From an uncultured Gemmatimonadales bacterium (GTDB lineage Bacteria > Gemmatimonadota > Gemmatimonadetes > Gemmatimonadales > JACORV01): 64,000 bases of DNA. Positions within the stretch are counted from its first letter, which is position 1. Each line of letters starts with the position of its first letter. A model generated the notes under the pieces. It was not told the DNA's origin. It searched no databases and saw only the letters and a list, made by a program, of their open reading frames with translations. A program made the position numbers and the translations under genes. Of this stretch, positions 41,148-55,391 are shown in pieces. The stretch is taken from the NCBI GenBank assembly GCA_963729955.1, contig CAVSQA010000028.1:147190-211189 (forward strand), given 5' to 3'.

Positions 41148-42668
41148 GTGGCCGCCCTCACCGATCCGTCCGCGCCGCCGCTCCTCACCCTGAGCGCCGT
41201 CACCAAGCGTTTCCCGGGGGTCGTGGCGCTGGATGCCGTGGATCTCGCCGTACGGGCCGGCCGGGTGCACGCCCTGGTCGGAGAGAACGGCGCCGGCAAG
41301 TCCACGCTGCTCAGGATCGTCGCCGGTGCCGACCGGCCGGACTCGGGCAGCGTCGCGTTGGACGGGCGGCCGATGAGCTTCACGGCGCCGCGCGACGCGC
41401 TGAGCGTCGGGATCACCGTCATCTACCAGGAGTTGTCGCTCGTTCCGCAGCTCGGGGCGGATGCCAACATCTTCCTGGGGATGGAGCCCGCGCGGCACGG
41501 GCTGCTCGATCGCCGCGCCGCTTCCGAGCGGGCCCGCGACGCCCTGCGAACCCTGGGCGCCGACTTCGATCCGCGAACCCCGGCGGGCGAGCTGTCGGTC
41601 GCCGAGCAGCAGTTGGTCGAGCTGGCGCGCGCCTTGGCGCGCGACGCGAGGCTGATCGCGCTGGACGAGCCGACCGCCGCGCTGTCGCACCTCGAAACGG
41701 AGCGGCTGTTCGCGCAGATCCGCCGGCTGTGCGCGCGCGGCATCGCGGTGATCTTCGTCTCCCATCGGCTGGAGGAAGTCCGGCGCATCGCCGACGAGAT
41801 CACCGTCTTGCGTGATGGCCGGCGGGTCTTCACGGGACCCGCCGCCGGTGTCGACGACGCCGCCCTGATCCGCCACATGGTGGGCCGCGACGTCGAGTAC
41901 GCTCACTTGACGTCCGCCGTCCCGCCGTCGGGCGCACCACTGCTCGAGGCGCGCGGCCTGGGGAGGGGGCGCGCCTTCGCCGACGTCTCGCTCGTGGTGA
42001 AGCGTGGCGAGATTGTCGGCCTCGCGGGGCTCATGGGCGCGGGACGGACCGAGGTGGCTCGCTGCATCGCGGGAGCCGACGAGCTCGAGGCCGGAACGAT
42101 GATGCTGGCCGGCGCGCCGTACCGGCCGTCCTCGCCGCGGGATGCCATCGCGCGTGGGGTCGTGTACCTCCCGGAAGAGCGCAAGACGCAGGGCCTGGTG
42201 CTCGGGATGAGCGTGCGCGAGAACGTGACCCTGGCGACCTTGGATCAGTTCTCGCGCTACGGCGTCATCCGGGCGCAGGCCGAGCGCGAGGCCGCCTCCC
42301 GGCAGACCGGGGCCGTGGAACTGCGCCCACCCGACATCGAGCGTGAAGCGGGCACGCTGTCGGGAGGCAACCAGCAGAAGGTCGTCCTGGCGAAGTGGCT
42401 GCTGGCGGACGCGGACCTGTTGATTTTCGACGAGCCGACCCGCGGGGTGGACGTGGCGACCAAGGCCGAGCTGCACCGCCTCATCCGGGCGCTGGCCGAC
42501 GCCGGGAAGGCGATCCTCGTCATCTCCTCCGAGTTGCCCGAAATCCTGGCCCTCGCGGACCGCGTCGTCGTGATGCGGGAGGGCGCCGTGGCGGGAGAGC
42601 TCGCCGCTTCCGAAGCCACCGCCGAGCGCGTGCTCGCGCTTGCGCTACCCGCGTCCCACGCCGCGTGA
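41148..42668 (+). CDS. sugar ABC transporter ATP-binding protein, duplicated cassette (CUT2, RbsA/MglA-like)
   Basis: GTG at 41148, 506 aa. There are two cassettes: GENGAGKST...LSVAEQQLVELARAL...LIALDEP and GLMGAGRTE...LSGGNQQKVVLAKWL...LLIFDEP. Confidence 0.9.
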   Translation: MAALTDPSAPPLLTLSAVTKRFPGVVALDAVDLAVRAGRVHALVGENGAGKSTLLRIVAGADRPDSGSVALDGRPMSFTAPRDALSVGITVIYQELSLVPQLGADANIFLGMEPARHGLLDRRAASERARDALRTLGADFDPRTPAGELSVAEQQLVELARALARDARLIALDEPTAALSHLETERLFAQIRRLCARGIAVIFVSHRLEEVRRIADEITVLRDGRRVFTGPAAGVDDAALIRHMVGRDVEYAHLTSAVPPSGAPLLEARGLGRGRAFADVSLVVKRGEIVGLAGLMGAGRTEVARCIAGADELEAGTMMLAGAPYRPSSPRDAIARGVVYLPEERKTQGLVLGMSVRENVTLATLDQFSRYGVIRAQAEREAASRQTGAVELRPPDIEREAGTLSGGNQQKVVLAKWLLADADLLIFDEPTRGVDVATKAELHRLIRALADAGKAILVISSELPEILALADRVVVMREGAVAGELAASEATAERVLALALPASHAA

Positions 42669-43708
42669 AAGCCCCGCGCGCGGCCCGCTTCGGCGTTCCC
42701 CTGGCGCTGGCCGGGCTGATGGTCGTCGCAGGGGTGCTGATCCCCGGGTTCATGAGTCGGGCAAACCTGACCACCATCCTGCTGCACGTCTCCATCAACG
42801 GCATCATCGCGCTCGGCTCCACCTTCGTCATCATCACCGCCGGCATCGATCTGTCGGTCGGCTCCGTCGTCGGCCTTGCCGGGGTCCTCACCGCAGCCAC
42901 GCTGACTAGCGGGCCGGTGCTGCATCTCCTCGGGCCGGCCGGGGCGGCGGTGGCCGCGGGTGTCGTGGGCATCGCCGCCGGCGCCGCCGTGGGCATGCTC
43001 AACGGCGGGATCGTGGCGCGGCTCGGCGTGGCTCCCTTCATCGTCACGCTGGCCACGATGACGGCAGCCCGTGGAGCCGCACGCCTCGTGACCGGCGGCG
43101 TGCCCATCGGCTTCCCCGACCCCGGAGATCCGCTCTACGCGGGCAAGGTCGCGGCGCTCGACGCGCTGCACACCCTGGGCGGCGGGCGCGTCCCCGTGCC
43201 GGGGTTGCCCACCGGCTTCCCGGTGCCGGCGCTGGTCATGCTCGCCCTGGTCGCCGCCGGGGCCTTCGTGCTCGGCCGCACGCGGTTCGGGCGTCACGTC
43301 TACGCGGTCGGCGGCAACGAGGAGGCGTCGCGCCTCTCGGGCGTCGCGGTCAGCAGGATCAAGCTCGGCGCCTACGCGATCTCGGGCGGCTGCGCCGGCC
43401 TCGCGGCGGTGTTGCTGGTGGGCCAGTTGCGAAGCGGCGGGCCGGACACCGGTCTGCTGTACGAGCTCAACGCCATCGCCGCCGCCGTGATCGGCGGTAC
43501 CTCGCTGTTCGGCGGCATCGGCACCGCGTGGGGCGCGCTGACGGGCGCGCTGCTGATCGGCGTCCTGAACAACGGGCTCGACCTGCTGGGGGTGCAGTCC
43601 TTCTGGCAGGAGATCGCCAAAGGCGTGATCATTCTCCTGGCGGTGCTGTTCGACGTGTGGATGAAGCGCGCCGACGCCCGCCGACGCGCCCGGACTGGCC
43701 GAAGCTAG
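42665..43708 (+). CDS. sugar ABC transporter permease (RbsC-like)
   Basis: GTG at 42665 overlaps the upstream stop (GTGA). 347 aa, multi-TM: ...TFVIITAGIDLSVGSVVGL...FGRHVYAVGGNEEASRLSGV... Confidence 0.85.
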   Translation: MKAPRAARFGVPLALAGLMVVAGVLIPGFMSRANLTTILLHVSINGIIALGSTFVIITAGIDLSVGSVVGLAGVLTAATLTSGPVLHLLGPAGAAVAAGVVGIAAGAAVGMLNGGIVARLGVAPFIVTLATMTAARGAARLVTGGVPIGFPDPGDPLYAGKVAALDALHTLGGGRVPVPGLPTGFPVPALVMLALVAAGAFVLGRTRFGRHVYAVGGNEEASRLSGVAVSRIKLGAYAISGGCAGLAAVLLVGQLRSGGPDTGLLYELNAIAAAVIGGTSLFGGIGTAWGALTGALLIGVLNNGLDLLGVQSFWQEIAKGVIILLAVLFDVWMKRADARRRARTGRS

Positions 43709-43726
43709 CGAACCCAGGAGCATCCG

Positions 43727-50079
<6,353 letters not shown>

Positions 50080-50145
50080 CGCGTCCTGCGTAATCTCGGT
50101 GCGCGGACCGGCGACTCCTCGCACCTGCCCGTGAGCGAAGCGAAC

Positions 50146-50188
50146 GAGAACCCTCCCCGCTGTCGCGGGAGGGTTCTCGCGCTTTCTG
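50146..50188 (+). terminator. intrinsic terminator candidate after thiC
   Basis: gagaaccctccccgc-tgtc-gcgggagggttctc forms a 14-bp stem with one bulged C and a 4-nt loop. It is followed by gcgcTTTcTg, which is only a weak T tract. Confidence 0.45.
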
Positions 50189-50299
50189 CACCCCGGCTCC
50201 GCGGGCGCATACTCCACTTGACAGCCCGAATCCACCCTCCTCAATTTGGGTCAAAGTACTCCAGATTGTTCGACATCCGCGCGGGCGGAGGAGTCATAC

Positions 50300-50572
50300 A
50301 TGCCGTACGTGATAGCAGAGCCGTGTATCGGAGTGAAGGATCGCGCATGCGTCGAAGTGTGCCCGGTCGACTGCATCTACGAAGACGATCTGATGCTCTA
50401 CATCCATCCTGATGAGTGCATCGACTGCGGTGCGTGTGAGCCGGAGTGCCCGGTGACGGCGATCTTCCCCGAGGAGGACGTCCCCCCGCAGTGGAAGGAC
50501 TTCATCGCCAAGAACAAGGACGTCTTCAATAGCCCCACTCCACCGGGCAAGCCACAGAAGAAGACCACGTAG
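50300..50572 (+). CDS. fdxA: 7Fe-type ferredoxin
   Basis: ATG at 50300 behind GGAGGAG, 90 aa. [26 protein letters not shown]...[20 protein letters not shown] shows [3Fe-4S]+[4Fe-4S] cysteine spacing. Confidence 0.85.
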   Translation: MPYVIAEPCIGVKDRACVEVCPVDCIYEDDLMLYIHPDECIDCGACEPECPVTAIFPEEDVPPQWKDFIAKNKDVFNSPTPPGKPQKKTT

Positions 50573-50598
50573 CGGCAGGCGGGCGGCGGGATGATTCG

Positions 50599-50632
50599 AG
50601 CCCCGAGGACCAGGTCCTCGGGGCTTTGTGTT
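50599..50632 (+). terminator. intrinsic terminator after fdxA
   Basis: agccccgaggac-cag-gtcctcggggct is a perfect 12-bp stem with a 3-nt loop, followed by TTgTgTT. Confidence 0.6.
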
Positions 50633-50646
50633 GCCATCGGGCTCCG

Positions 50647-51441
50647 CTACGGCCTCGGCAGCGCCTCGAGAAACTCCGCGATGACACGTGTCACGGCGGT
50701 GGGAGCCTCGAGCGGAGCCAGGTGCCCGGCCCCGGGGATGGTCGTCATCGCCGCCGCTGGAATGGCCGACGCCATCGCCCGTGCCGCCGGCGGCGGCGTC
50801 ACCTCGTCCTCGGCCCCAACCACCACGAGCGTGGGAACGTCGATCGTAGACAGGAGGGGCGTCGAGTCCGGCCGCTCACGCATCGCGCCGAGCGCTCCCA
50901 CGATGCCGGGCACGGGCGTGCGACCCACCATCGCCCGCACCTGTTCGACGACGTGCGGCTGGGTTTGCTGGCTCGAGCGGCCCAGCAACCGGGGCACCAT
51001 CCGCTCCGCCACGGCCGCGGCCCCCTGCGTCCGAGCGACCTCGATCATGGTGTCGCGGCCCTGGCGCGCCTCGGCGCTGTCGGCGTCGGCGCGCGTATCC
51101 ACCAGGATCAGCCCCATCACCCGGGCGCGATGACGGCGCAGCATCTCGAAGGCGATGTACCCGCCCATCGAGAGTCCGGCGACGACCGCACGCTCGATGT
51201 GAAGCGCATCCAGGAGCCGCACCAGGTCGTCCGCGTACACCGTCATCGAATACCCGCCGTCCGGGGCATCCGACGCGCCGGCGCCGCGGAGGTCGGGGGC
51301 GATTCGGCGCCAACGCGCCAGCGTGGCCACCTGGTGCGCCCACAGCGAGTGATCCAGGGGAAACCCGTGAACCAGCAGGAGCGCGGGCCCGTCGCCACGT
51401 GCGTCGACGGCCAGCGACACGTCGCCCAGGTCGTGCCGCAC
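50647..51441 (-). CDS. alpha/beta hydrolase
   Basis: 264 aa from GTG 51441. LLLVHGFPLDHSLW and AGLSMGGYIA (nucleophile elbow GxSxG), plus the C-terminal GAGHLAPLE. The frame is open upstream into the thioesterase region. Confidence 0.85.
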   Translation of the reverse strand: MRHDLGDVSLAVDARGDGPALLLVHGFPLDHSLWAHQVATLARWRRIAPDLRGAGASDAPDGGYSMTVYADDLVRLLDALHIERAVVAGLSMGGYIAFEMLRRHRARVMGLILVDTRADADSAEARQGRDTMIEVARTQGAAAVAERMVPRLLGRSSQQTQPHVVEQVRAMVGRTPVPGIVGALGAMRERPDSTPLLSTIDVPTLVVVGAEDEVTPPPAARAMASAIPAAAMTTIPGAGHLAPLEAPTAVTRVIAEFLEALPRP

Positions 51442-51865
51442 CAGCTCGCCCGGCCGCGCGGATGGCCGCCCGCCGAAGACGGCGGCGATCTCGGGCGGGA
51501 TAGGGCGTCGGCTTGCCCTCCCCGTCGATCATCACGAATACGATCTGCAGCTCGGCCACCTGGGCCCCGTCCTTGATCCGCGTCGCGCGCTGATGCAGCT
51601 CGAGCGAAGTGCGTCCGAGCTTTGCCGTCTCCAGGTCCACCCGCAGCACGTCACCGGGAAAGGCGGGGAGCTGGTAATCTACGGTGGCACGGCGAGCCGC
51701 CGGCCACACACGGTGACGGCGAAACAGATCCTGGCCGGGGCCGGAAGCGAGCGCCTCCCAGCGAGCCCGCTCAAAGAGCTGCAGATACGCAGCCTCGTTC
51801 ATGTGACCGTACGCGTCGCACTCGTACGGGTAGACCGTCACCTCAACCGGGGGGATTCGGCTCAC
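51442..51865 (-). pseudogene. hot-dog fold acyl-CoA thioesterase (4HBT/YbgC-like) module; frame break; no stop before the hydrolase
   Basis: GTG at 51865: MSRIPPVEVTVYPYECDAYGHMNEAAYLQLFERARWEAL...LRVDLETAKLGRTSLELHQRATRIKDGAQVAELQIVFVMIDGEGKPTP. That frame (ORF 50876..51865) then becomes Arg-rich. With a +1 shift near 51502 it reads IPPEIAAVFGGRPSARPGELV and runs straight into the hydrolase frame. Confidence 0.7.
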
Positions 51866-52060
51866 GGAGGCGTGGGGGTTAAGGGTGACCAGACGGGAAC
51901 GACGGCGAGCATTTGCCCTCCGTAAAGTACCTCTGCCGACCGCAGTGGCGAGAGGGTGGACTGCCCGCCTCCGGCACGGAGTCGCGCACGCCGAACCACT
52001 GCGGCGGCGGCCCCCAGGAACGGGGCATCGATGGTACCAGACCCCAGAAGGCAGGCGGCG

Positions 52061-52278
52061 AACTAATGTCGTAGCTCCGATCGTATAGTGTCTCGTCTCT
52101 TACGTGACATCAACACTATAGAGTCGTGTATGTATCACAACTGTATCTGCTATTATGAGGCCGGCTTCAACGAGTCAACATCTTCTTGTTGAACGTTTTA
52201 GTCACATTTCTGTGGAGACGTTCATAACACAGCATTGCCAGTTGCGCGGTCCCGTGACTGCGGGCAACGTTCAACGCT
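52061..52278 (+). promoter_or_regulatory. AT-rich structured leader/promoter region upstream of rnd
   Basis: I counted 83 G+C in 52061..52250 (190 nt, about 44%), against a far more GC-rich surrounding. It contains nested and competing inverted repeats that end 3 nt before the rnd ATG (see findings). Confidence 0.35.
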
Positions 52279-53430
52279 ATGGTGCGGACCTCCGACCGGC
52301 TTCCTCCGCAGCGATACGTGCGCAGCAACGAGGAGCTCGCCGCGCTGATGCGGCGGGTCGCCCGCGAGCCGCTGGTGGCCCTCGACACCGAGGCCGCGAG
52401 CTTCCATCGATTCGTCGATCGCATCTACCTCATTCAGCTGTCGAGTCACCGAGAGACCGCGATCATCGATCCGTTGACCGTGACCGAGGTGTCGGCGCTC
52501 GGGGCGTTGCTCGCGGACCCCGCCGTGGAGGTCGTCTTTCACGACGCGGACTACGACCTGCGGATCCTCGACCGGGACTACGGCTTCCACGCGCGCCATC
52601 TGTTCGACACGCGCGTCGCGGCGCACCTGCTGGGTGAGCCGGCGGTCGGGCTCGCAGCCCTGCTCGAGAAGCACGTGGGGGTCAGCCTGGACAAGAAGTA
52701 CCAGCGGGCGGACTGGTCGCGCCGGCCGCTGCCGCCGGAGATGCTCGAATACGCGGCGACGGACACCTGCTACCTGCTCGCGCTGCGCGAGCGACTGCGC
52801 GCCGCACTCGAGTCGCAGGGCCGCCTGTCCTGGGCCGAGGAGGAGTTCGAGCGACTGGAGGGCCTGCGCTGGACGCCCGCGGAGACCAACGGCGGCGCGT
52901 ATCTGCGGGTGAAGGGCGCCCGCGCGCTGAGCCGGCGCGGCCTGGCGGTACTCCGGGAGCTGCTCCCCTGGAGGGACGCCATTGCGGCGGAGCTCGACCG
53001 CGCCAGCTTCCGCGTGGTCTCCAACGAAGCGCTGCTCGCGTTGTCCGCGGCGCCGCCGCGCTCGTCCGAGGAGCTGGCCAAGATGCGCGGCCTGTCGCCG
53101 CGGCTCGTGACCGAGCGTGGCGCCTCGCTCCTCACGGTCATCGAGCACGGTCTTGCGGTGCCCGACAAGGACCTGCCCAAGTTCCCGCGCTCCGAGCGAC
53201 ACGTCGCCGACCCCGTGTTCGACCAGGCGGTCGACCGTCTGAAGCGGGTGCGCAACGAGATGGCCACGCAACTCGGTCTCGACCCGGGCGTGCTCTGTCC
53301 CAAGGGCACGCTCGAGGCGGTGGCGCGGGCGCGGCCCAAGACTCCCGCCGCGCTCGGCGAGATTCACGAAATCCGGAAGTGGCAGGTGAAGCTGCTGGGG
53401 ACGGACTTCCTGAAAGCGCTGGGGAACTAG
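52279..53430 (+). CDS. rnd: ribonuclease D
   Basis: 383 aa. DEDD 3'-5' exonuclease motifs are present (LVALDTEAASF, VFHDADYDL, YAATDTCYL), followed by an HRDC-like region. Confidence 0.9.
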   Translation: MVRTSDRLPPQRYVRSNEELAALMRRVAREPLVALDTEAASFHRFVDRIYLIQLSSHRETAIIDPLTVTEVSALGALLADPAVEVVFHDADYDLRILDRDYGFHARHLFDTRVAAHLLGEPAVGLAALLEKHVGVSLDKKYQRADWSRRPLPPEMLEYAATDTCYLLALRERLRAALESQGRLSWAEEEFERLEGLRWTPAETNGGAYLRVKGARALSRRGLAVLRELLPWRDAIAAELDRASFRVVSNEALLALSAAPPRSSEELAKMRGLSPRLVTERGASLLTVIEHGLAVPDKDLPKFPRSERHVADPVFDQAVDRLKRVRNEMATQLGLDPGVLCPKGTLEAVARARPKTPAALGEIHEIRKWQVKLLGTDFLKALGN

Positions 53431-53726
53431 CCCCAGAGCAGCGAGCGAACACGCGGGTCCATCTTCTCCGGCGTCCAGTACGGTTCCCACACCAGTTCCA
53501 CGTTCACCTTCGTCACCCCATCCAGCTTTTCGAGCACGCCGTGGGCCTCCGACAGCATCTCCGGACCGACCGGGCAGCCCGGGGACGTCAGCGTCATCTC
53601 CACGTGGATCTCACCGGCGTCGCTCACCTCGATCTCGTACACGAGGCCGAGATCGATCACGTTGAGGTTGAGCTCCGGGTCCTTCACGGCGCGCAACGCG
53701 TCGCGGACCTGTTCGACGGTCACCAT
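53427..53726 (-). CDS. DUF59 / SufT-like metal-sulfur cluster assembly factor
   Basis: ATG at 53726, 99 aa. VRDALRAVKDPELNLNVIDLGLVYEI...MTLTSPGCPVGP. The stop shares the palindrome CTAG with the rnd stop. Confidence 0.8.
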   Translation of the reverse strand: MVTVEQVRDALRAVKDPELNLNVIDLGLVYEIEVSDAGEIHVEMTLTSPGCPVGPEMLSEAHGVLEKLDGVTKVNVELVWEPYWTPEKMDPRVRSLLWG

Positions 53727-53776
53727 GCTCCTGCTCCTGGGCGGATACTGGAACGTAGTCTGGGGCATTCGGGCCA

Positions 53777-54256
53777 TCAATCGCCGCGGTGGCACACCCG
53801 GGAGCCACACCCGAGACGATGGCGGTGCCGTGCTATCCAGTGGTACCCCGCGGCGGCCACTCGTTCGGCGCCCGGAAGCGCGAGTGGTGCGGCGAGGATC
53901 CGGCCCCCGGGCAACAGCGCCAGCAACGGACGCGCGGCGGCGGCGCCGGCGAACACCCCGCCGGTCGGGGACACGAGGTGCATCGCGCGCTCCAGGGCCT
54001 CCCGGCTGAGACCCGGGATCCCTTTCCAGGAAGCCACGTCCTGGAACGGCACGGCCGCGACGCGTCCGGCGCGATCCCAGCGCCGGATGACGTCGACGCA
54101 GTGCTCGCAGAAGCGGCACTGACCGTCGTACACGAGCAACCACGAGCGGCGTGCCGCCGGCCGGCGGGTGGCGGTGGAGGCGTTGGGGACGTGCGGGGCC
54201 GCTGGCAGTCCGGCGATTCGCGCTACGACCAGATGCCGGGGATGCGGGCCCCGCAC
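53777..54256 (-). CDS. thiol-disulfide oxidoreductase DCC family (DUF393)
   Basis: LLVYDGQCRFCEHCVDVIRRWD...AAVPFQ is the DCC signature. The track start (GTG 54256) overlaps the upstream gene by 34 nt. A later TTG/GTG near 54140 is an alternative start. Confidence 0.75.
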   Translation of the reverse strand: MRGPHPRHLVVARIAGLPAAPHVPNASTATRRPAARRSWLLVYDGQCRFCEHCVDVIRRWDRAGRVAAVPFQDVASWKGIPGLSREALERAMHLVSPTGGVFAGAAAARPLLALLPGGRILAAPLALPGAERVAAAGYHWIARHRHRLGCGSRVCHRGD

Positions 54257-55333
54257 GAAGGACAGAGCCCGGCCGTCGTCACGCGCTGTCGGCGTATCTG
54301 GTAACCGTAGCGCTCGATCAGCAGATCACCACAGTCCGGACACCAGGTGTGCTCCCACCGACCCACCCGTCCCGGCAGGTTCCCCGCATAGACGAACTTC
54401 AACCCGGCGGCCCTGCCGATCTCGCACGCGTGGAGCAAGTCCTCCACGGTGGTGTTCCGCGGGTCGGTCATCTTGTAGTCCTGGTGGAACGCGGTCACGT
54501 GCCACGGAATCCCGGATGAGATCGCCGCGAGGGTGTCGGCCATCCGCCTCAGGTCGTCGGACGAATCGTTGAAGCCGGGCACGAGGAGGGTGACCACCTC
54601 CATCCAGAAGCCCCGCTCATGAACCATTCGCATCGCGTCCAGCACATGCTGAAGCACCCCGCCCAGCGAACGGTACGTGCGGTCCTGGATCGCCTTGAAG
54701 TCGATCTTGTAGCCGTCCGTCCACGGCCGGACGAAGTCCAGCACTTCGGGCGTGGCGTTGCCGTTCGACACGAACGCGGTCTTGAGCCCCGCCGCTCGCG
54801 CGAGCCGAAACACCTCCATCCCCCATTCGGCCGTGATCAACGGCTCGTTGTACGACGATGCCACGACCCTCGCACCATGCTGCTGTCCGAGCCGCACCAG
54901 GGTGTCCGCCGTGACGTCGCTGGTCAGGCTGCCCGCCGCGGGATCGCGCAGCGCCTGCGAGGTCAGCCAGTTCTGGCAGTAACCGCAGTGGAAATCGCAG
55001 CCGAGCATGCCGAACGTGAGGCATTCGGACCCAGGCAACAGGTGGAAGAAGGGCTTCTTCTCGGTGGGATCCACCTGCACGCCGGCGGCGTAGCCCGAGG
55101 GCACGAACAGGGTACCCGCCCGGTTGAAGCGGACCCGGCAGATGCCCCGGCGGCCCTCGCGGATCAGGCAGCGGTGCCCGCATGCGACGCACCGGACCGA
55201 TCCATCGTCCGCCTTCGGCGTGCCACAGCTCGCCGGGTTTGGCGCGCTCGTCCAACTGATCCTGGAGACTCGAGGTCTGGAGGTCGCGGCCCTGTGGGGC
55301 CGGAATGACTCGACGTGGCGATCCCGCTGCCAT
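54223..55333 (-). pseudogene. amrS: AmmeMemoRadiSam-system-type radical SAM enzyme; one frame break as sequenced
   Basis: ATG at 55333 in the frame of ORF 54617..55429, sensible up to ...AKPGELWHAEGG. After a +1 break near 55207 it continues DGSVRCVACGHRCLIREGRRGICRVRFNRAGTLFVPSGYAAGVQVDPTEKKPFFH (ORF 54223..55104). The radical SAM motif is CDFHCGYCQNW. The C-terminal zinc ribbon is WCPDCGD...CPSCG. Confidence 0.85.
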
Positions 55334-55391
55334 GTGGCGAATACTGGCCAGGCGCTTGCAGCGGCGCCAGGGGGCGAGGTAGGATGCAGCC

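Noticed and set aside
50218-50246. TTGACA-17 nt-TCAATT as the fdxA promoter.
   Set aside because: The -35 element is perfect but the -10 is poor. The promoter consensus of this lineage is unknown to me, so I did not list it as a feature.
52027-52038. Adjacent ClaI (ATCGAT) and KpnI (GGTACC) sites, suggestive of a cloning polylinker or vector remnant.
   Set aside because: The flanking sequence does not resemble any polylinker I know. Two hexamers side by side can occur by chance.
51866-52060. The GC-rich left half of the big intergenic region as a known riboswitch or ncRNA. It has cobalamin-like CCACTG, c-di-GMP-I-like GGGCAAA, and the stem CCGCAGTGG/CCACTGCGG at about 51939..51947 / 51996..52004.
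   Set aside because: Only isolated short matches are present. The ordered conserved blocks of those families are missing, and GC-rich sequence forms stems by chance. An Infernal scan is needed.
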